From Saccharolobus solfataricus (GTDB lineage: Archaea; Thermoproteota; Thermoprotei_A; Sulfolobales; Sulfolobaceae): a DNA stretch of 32,000 nt. How positions within the stretch are numbered: position 1 is the stretch's first letter; the number at the start of each line of letters is the position of its first letter. Below are positions 27,901 to 32,000 of the stretch, in pieces. The stretch spans positions 2,580,001 through 2,612,000 of the forward strand of contig NZ_LT549890.1 of assembly GCF_900079115.1 (NCBI RefSeq), in the 5' to 3' direction. The translations under genes and the position numbers were made by a program. The notes below the pieces were generated by a model. The model saw only the letters and a program-made list of their open reading frames with translations, was not told the DNA's origin and did not search any database.

Positions 27901-28779
27901 CTAAGACCAAGGTCTCATCGATTTCAAAGACGATACAAACTTATCTAGAAAATAACTCTTCTCTCTAAAATGCTCATCTATTGCCCTCCAATCCTCTTCT
28001 GACAATCTCCAACCCATTGCACCAGCATTTTCCTCTATATGGGGTATTTTAGAGGCTTTCACTATTGGTATCAAACTGTTTTTACCAGTAATATACCAAT
28101 TTAAGGCTACTTGAGTTGCAGTCTTATTGTACTTCTTACCTATATTAGCTAAGAACTCATTCCTAGCTAATATTCCATTTTCCAATGGTGTATACGCCAT
28201 ATACATCAGTCCATTTTTCTCCGCGTAAGCTAAAGCCCTCCTCTCATCACTTCTACTTAGCAAACTATAGTGATTTTGAATTGCGACAATTTCATACTTA
28301 CTGACACACTCTCTGGCGCTCTCTATTTGGTCCACATCGAAGTTACTGAGCCCAAAAAACCTTATTACACCATCATCTACCAGTTTCTCAAATGCCCTTA
28401 TAGTCTTGCAAATCGGTACTCTTGATGGAGCGTGAAGTAAATAAAGATCTATGTATGTGCCTAGTCTTCTTGAACTATTTTTAGCTGACTTTATTACATT
28501 ATCATAGTCAGCATGACTAGGCCAAACCTTAGACACTATAAACAATTCTTCTCTGCTAAATTCCTTGATCGCTTCACCTACCAATTCCTCAGCGTGACCA
28601 TTACCGTACATTTCAGCAGTGTCGATAACTCTTAGTCCTAGTTCTATTGCCCTACGAATCGCACCTACCCATTCATTGTCTCTGTCATGAGAGGAGTACC
28701 AATAACCTCCCCCAATCCTCCAGGTTCCAAAAGCTAGAGGTGATACTGTAAAGTATTTAAATTTCTTAACGTCTTCCAT
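27901..28779 (-). CDS. aldo/keto reductase
   Basis: Carries FGTWRIGG, IDTAEMYGNGHAEELVG and LYLLHAP. Confidence 0.88.
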   Translation of the reverse strand: MEDVKKFKYFTVSPLAFGTWRIGGGYWYSSHDRDNEWVGAIRRAIELGLRVIDTAEMYGNGHAEELVGEAIKEFSREELFIVSKVWPSHADYDNVIKSAKNSSRRLGTYIDLYLLHAPSRVPICKTIRAFEKLVDDGVIRFFGLSNFDVDQIESARECVSKYEIVAIQNHYSLLSRSDERRALAYAEKNGLMYMAYTPLENGILARNEFLANIGKKYNKTATQVALNWYITGKNSLIPIVKASKIPHIEENAGAMGWRLSEEDWRAIDEHFREKSYFLDKFVSSLKSMRPWS

Positions 28780-28791
28780 AAATATACCTTA

Positions 28792-28810
28792 AATTCGTTC
28801 CTTTTAAAAA
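28792..28810 (-). promoter_or_regulatory. TATA-like box plus conserved AAGGAACGAATT motif upstream of the AKR gene
   Basis: On the coding strand the sequence reads tttttaaAAGGAACGAATT, followed by 12 nt and then the ATG at 28779. Confidence 0.4.
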
Positions 28811-29042
28811 TTGTCTTCTAATGCATATCTTGTCTATACTTTCTGAGACTTTAAAGGACAAACTCTCTTCCTAATATACGGAAAGGTCTTTATGTAATTT
28901 TGGAAACGTTGTTGCCCTTTAGACTATAAGCAAATATAATATTTGAAGAAAGGGGGATAAAAACAAGCAATTTAACTTAGCTAAATATTATTATAAAACC
29001 TAAACCTTTAACTGACTATCAAGTGGTGATGAAGAGGAAGTG

Positions 29043-29196
29043 ATTCAAGTCTCCTTTGCGAATTGCAATTTGTAAATAATACTGTTGTAAAAATGTTAAT
29101 ATTGGTAGTCATGCATCTCCGCCAGTTAGTCGTCTTCAATTAGTTAATTTCGTAGTAATCTTTAAAATAAACTGAATTCACAATGGCTAACTGAAT
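29043..29196 (+). repeat. 154-bp repeat unit, left copy (MITE-like, with imperfect terminal inverted repeats)
   Basis: It is the exact reverse complement of 30770-30923 (154/154, checked base by base). Its own two ends are imperfectly inverted (attcaagtctcctttgcgaattgca vs the reverse complement of the other end, attcagttagccattgtgaattcag). Confidence 0.9.
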
Positions 29197-29506
29197 CTCC
29201 CTAAAAAGCTTCTAATGTAGTGTTATCGGGAGGCTATAGATAAAAATCCGAAAAATAATAATTACGCACTAATTTTAAAATTTTCCAGTACAGTATTATA
29301 GTAGGAAAATGGAAATTTCTAATTAAGTAGGTTTCCCTATATTATGATATTCCACTGGTGTGAGCAAGCTGTTAATAGAAGTAGAAGGATGATGGACTAC
29401 TGTTTAGACTGTAACACATTTGCATAACTTTTAAATACTTTTAATCATTTCACAATATGATCTTTATTATGATTATGTTTATATATTATTTCCTCTACAT
29501 TATAAA

Positions 29507-29698
29507 TTGATGAACCCCATACTGATGACGGGCTATGCTCACGAGGTATTGGGGGCGACAAATACGGATGGGAGGGTAGTGGTGTTTCCCTCGACTAGCC
29601 CCAATGAGTTGAGGGTGAGTGTGTATGAGCCCTCAAGAGGGGTGCCCGTGGCGGAATTAGAAGTAGTTAAAAGTAAGCAGAAGTTACGCCACGGGTAA
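29507..29698. ncRNA. GC-rich structured island: candidate structured RNA, or alternatively a 63-aa ORF on the + strand
   Basis: By hand count, 95 of 180 nt are G+C in 29521-29700, against 21 of 100 in 29401-29500. Four stems are present: 29548-54/29599-605, 29572-76/29588-92, 29609-15/29630-36 and 29645-53/29687-95. The strand and the RNA-versus-protein question are unresolved. Confidence 0.3.
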
Positions 29699-29778
29699 AC
29701 ACTCGCTAAATGTAATGTATCTTTACTTCAAGAAAGGAAACACATTTGTATAGTAGCTTCTGATTTTTTAAGAAGATT

Positions 29779-30219
29779 TTACTTATTCCTTTTCTCTTCA
29801 TATAACTTCTTTGCATATTCCAATATTTCCTCAGCAATTTTAATTGATTGTTGACCATCATAAGCTGAATAGAGTAGTTCAGGAGGAGTATTAGTTTCTT
29901 CATCACCATACATTGATAGTTCCCTTTCTTTCCTTAGGGATCTCGAGTATGAGGCAAAAATATCTATCTTTTCTTTAAACCATTGTGGAAATTTGTCTGT
30001 ATTATTTTTTAATATTGGACCTACATCATGAAATTTGGGTGGTTCTATATTAACCAATCTAAGACATGCTTTAAGAGAGAGCTCTACAGCTTCTTGACAA
30101 AGTCTTACTACAATGTTATATTTCTTTCTTTCATATTCTGTTTTAGCTAAATCTAATCTTTCTTCAGCTTGTGTAATATATGAAAATGCTAAGGAATCAA
30201 AGTTCAACCGTTTCACCAA
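29779..30219 (-). CDS. HEPN-domain protein (toxin partner of an MNT-HEPN module)
   Basis: 146-aa helical ORF with the HEPN (PF05168-type) landmark PPKFHDVGPIL. It overlaps the upstream nucleotidyltransferase gene by 23 nt. Confidence 0.8.
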   Translation of the reverse strand: MVKRLNFDSLAFSYITQAEERLDLAKTEYERKKYNIVVRLCQEAVELSLKACLRLVNIEPPKFHDVGPILKNNTDKFPQWFKEKIDIFASYSRSLRKERELSMYGDEETNTPPELLYSAYDGQQSIKIAEEILEYAKKLYEEKRNK

Positions 30220-30721
30220 ACCCTGAATCCTTTTTAAGTATCCAATACCATCTCTTACCCATCCTTACTCTCTCAGCACCTAATTCCATAAGCCTCCCCT
30301 TTAATTTTTGCAATATCTTAGTGAAGAATTGGTCCTTATCGTAGAGAATTACAGCGTCATATACCATATCTAGATAAAGAGGTGAAATCTTTCCCGCTTC
30401 CTCGGGAGTTTTAAGAATGGGAGAAAGTGATATGTAATAACCCTTACTCCAATACTCATCTAAATTTAACTTATCCTCGACCTTGGTCTCAAACAATCTA
30501 ATTCTTTTAAGTATACCGTCCATAGGTAAATTATCTATAACTATCAATAAATCTACATCACTATCGTTTCTATTATCTCCCCTAGCAACGCTCCCATAAA
30601 GTACTACCGATATCAGATCATCTTTAAATTCCTCTCTCATTATTTTGACCATGTCATTGAGCAACTTAGCATAAGGCTCCTTAATCATATGATATATAAA
30701 TCCTAAAAATCTAATAAACAT
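30197..30721 (-). CDS. minimal nucleotidyltransferase (MNT) domain protein
   Basis: Carries VVLYGSVARGDNRNDSDVDLLIV, the polymerase-beta-type GS...DxD motif. The start may instead be the internal ATG giving MIKEPYAKLL. Confidence 0.85.
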   Translation of the reverse strand: MFIRFLGFIYHMIKEPYAKLLNDMVKIMREEFKDDLISVVLYGSVARGDNRNDSDVDLLIVIDNLPMDGILKRIRLFETKVEDKLNLDEYWSKGYYISLSPILKTPEEAGKISPLYLDMVYDAVILYDKDQFFTKILQKLKGRLMELGAERVRMGKRWYWILKKDSGFGETVEL

Positions 30722-30769
30722 GTCGTTTTATACTTAAAACGAAATCATAGTGGGATTATATTTATGGTT

Positions 30770-30923
30770 ATTCAGTTAGCCATTGTGAATTCAGTTTATT
30801 TTAAAGATTACTACGAAATTAACTAATTGAAGACGACTAACTGGCGGAGATGCATGACTACCAATATTAACATTTTTACAACAGTATTATTTACAAATTG
30901 CAATTCGCAAAGGAGACTTGAAT
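30770..30923 (-). repeat. 154-bp repeat unit, right copy (inverted)
   Basis: It is the exact reverse complement of 29043-29196. Confidence 0.9.
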
Positions 30924-31031
30924 TGTCCTATAGTTATAAATTCACTTTTCCTTTTTATTTCGCCTAACCCTTAAATTTTTCTCGATATTAATCTATATGA
31001 TTTATCTCAAATTCAAAATTATCTGTGGGCG

Positions 31032-31081
31032 ATTCATGTTTCCATTGCGAATTGTAATATTCTCTATGAATTAGGCTAATT
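31032..31081 (+). repeat. degenerate relic related to the termini of the 154-bp unit
   Basis: 31032-31058 (attcatgtttccattgcgaattgtaat) matches the first 27 nt of the unit at 23 positions. 31067-31079 (tgaatt-a-ggctaa) resembles the other terminus with an internal deletion. Confidence 0.35.
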
Positions 31082-31314
31082 CTAAAATAGATAATAGTAG
31101 TTTTCTGAAAATGATCCCTAATAAATGATGTTAAAAGTTTGTTCCATTTAGGATATATAATATTTAGACTATACCCTTTTAATATTTATAATTATTAGAA
31201 TCTTCTTGAAGAGAATCTACGTAAACATTTAAGGCAAAAGGCATTCAAGATAACTTTACCTAAAAATACTATAGATTAAGAAACACTCCTCAATAGCTGA
31301 TAAGTCAGAAATAC

Positions 31315-31322
31315 TTTTATAA
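31315..31322 (+). promoter_or_regulatory. TATA-like box for the tRNA gene
   Basis: The sequence ttttataa ends 26 nt upstream of the mature tRNA 5' end. Confidence 0.4.
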
Positions 31323-31347
31323 TCCTTGTTTTCTTTATGTTTATGAT

Positions 31348-31423
<76 letters not shown>

Positions 31424-31657
31424 TTGTTACTAAAGAAAGGATAGCCACAAAATTTATCTCTACTAGTTTTTGGGTGGCGAATAATCTCACTGGTAAGAGA
31501 TAAATAGCTAGTTATAAAAGAATTTTTACATATCAGTGGGAGATTTCATTTATAACAGACGGGGGTTCAAAGGGGGCGGAAAACTTCTCTTTGAGATGAA
31601 TCCCTTTGTAGAAAAGTTAAAAATAGGAAAATAACGAAATACACATCAATACCCACC

Positions 31658-32000
31658 TTAGGGTTTCGCTTCCGTGCATACACTGACGAACAAACCCTTA
31701 GGGCGTTAAAGGCCCAGTTGAAGTTAGCGTGCGAAATCTACAACACCTTAAGGTGGGCAGACATATACTTTTACCAAAGGGATGGGAAAGGACTAACACA
31801 AACTGAGTTAAGACAGTTGGCTCTAGATCTGAGAAAACAAGATGATGAGTATAAGCAAGTCTACTCGCAAGTAGTTCAACAAATAGCTGACCGTTACTAC
31901 GAAGCTAGACAGAGGTTTTTCGAAGGTTTAGCACGTTTCCCGAAAGAAAAGAAACCTCACAAATACTACTCCCTAGTCTATCCCCAGTATGGTTGGAAAA
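31658..32000 (+). CDS. IS200/IS605-family TnpB (OrfB)-like protein, N-terminal part, truncated by the window end; possibly a pseudogene
   Basis: My translation is [114 protein letters not shown]. It matches the usual TnpB N-terminal pattern (xFRxY-P/T-xxEQ...L...). The frame is open from 31595, but the first in-frame ATG/GTG/TTG is the TTG at 31718. Confidence 0.7.

Larger units (their letters stand above)
29043..30923. mobile_element. IR-bounded 1.88-kb cassette (possible MITE-flanked composite element or invertible segment) carrying MNT-HEPN
   Basis: Perfect 154-bp inverted repeats sit at both ends. There is no transposase or recombinase inside, and no target-site duplication was found. 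The mobile-element call is therefore tentative. Confidence 0.35.

Noticed and set aside
29508-29528. C/D-box sRNA look-alike (UGAUGA ... CUGA/UGAUGA) at the start of the GC island.
   Set aside because: The putative D' and C' boxes overlap each other. The first spacer is only 8 nt, and no terminal CUGA D box follows at the right distance. This is not a canonical archaeal C/D sRNA.
29706-29909. 67-aa minus-strand ORF overlapping the HEPN gene's 3' part in another frame.
   Set aside because: The HEPN frame is longer and carries the family landmark. The overlapping frame has no support.
29037-30929. Search for target-site duplications flanking the 154-bp units, individually and as a composite.
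   Set aside because: No direct repeat of 2 nt or more was found at the expected junctions (gaagtg|...|ctccct and ttatggtt|...|tgtcct). The mobility claim is therefore kept tentative.
28911-31180. Shared AT-rich strings (tttagactata and tataatattt) occur at 28917-28947 and 31155-31176, on either side of the cassette. They could be a large target duplication.
   Set aside because: The two strings occur in a different order at the two sites and are low-complexity. This is not convincing as a direct repeat.
31561-31580. The sequence gggggttcaaaggggg resembles a tRNA T-loop, suggesting a possible att-site duplicate of the tRNA 3' half.
   Set aside because: The flanking G-runs are not complementary, so no T-stem forms. 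Similarity to tRNA-Thr is limited to about 9 nt. There is no evidence for an integrase-type direct repeat.

Overview
This window is AT-rich, densely coding DNA that looks archaeal, probably Sulfolobales-like. The evidence is gene content, TATA-like boxes about 25-30 nt before start codons (leaderless-type spacing), many 1-35 nt gene overlaps, and an IS200/IS605 TnpB-type ORF. That taxonomic call is inference only.

Gene content from left to right:
- A divergent GH15 glycosidase and GT4 glycosyltransferase pair, likely involved in trehalose turnover.
- A four-subunit 2-oxoacid:ferredoxin oxidoreductase, preceded on the same strand by a DmsB-DmsC-like fused membrane Fe-S protein.
- An etfB-etfA / acyl-CoA dehydrogenase / CoxL-like molybdenum hydroxylase operon.
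- A divergent 627-aa membrane polyferredoxin followed by trxB.
- Two orphan proteins, one coiled-coil and one membrane-associated, then MscS, a cytosine-deaminase-like amidohydrolase and a 6-TM protein.
- A long minus-strand array: FAH-family enzyme, ThDP enzyme, GT4, fixX, fixC, a 118-aa protein, USP and an aldo-keto reductase.

The unusual part is the last 3.2 kb (28.8-32.0 kb), a gene-poor patch. Two perfect 154-bp inverted repeats (29043-29196 and 30770-30923) bracket a 1.57-kb cassette. The cassette holds an overlapping MNT/HEPN toxin-antitoxin pair and a roughly 53% GC, four-hairpin island (29507-29698), which may be a structured RNA or a 63-aa ORF. A third, degenerate copy of the repeat terminus follows, then tRNA-Thr(GGU) and the 5' part of a TnpB-like gene that has no canonical in-frame start.

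No CRISPR array and no rRNA were seen. All functional calls rest on motifs read by eye from the supplied translations. No database search was possible.
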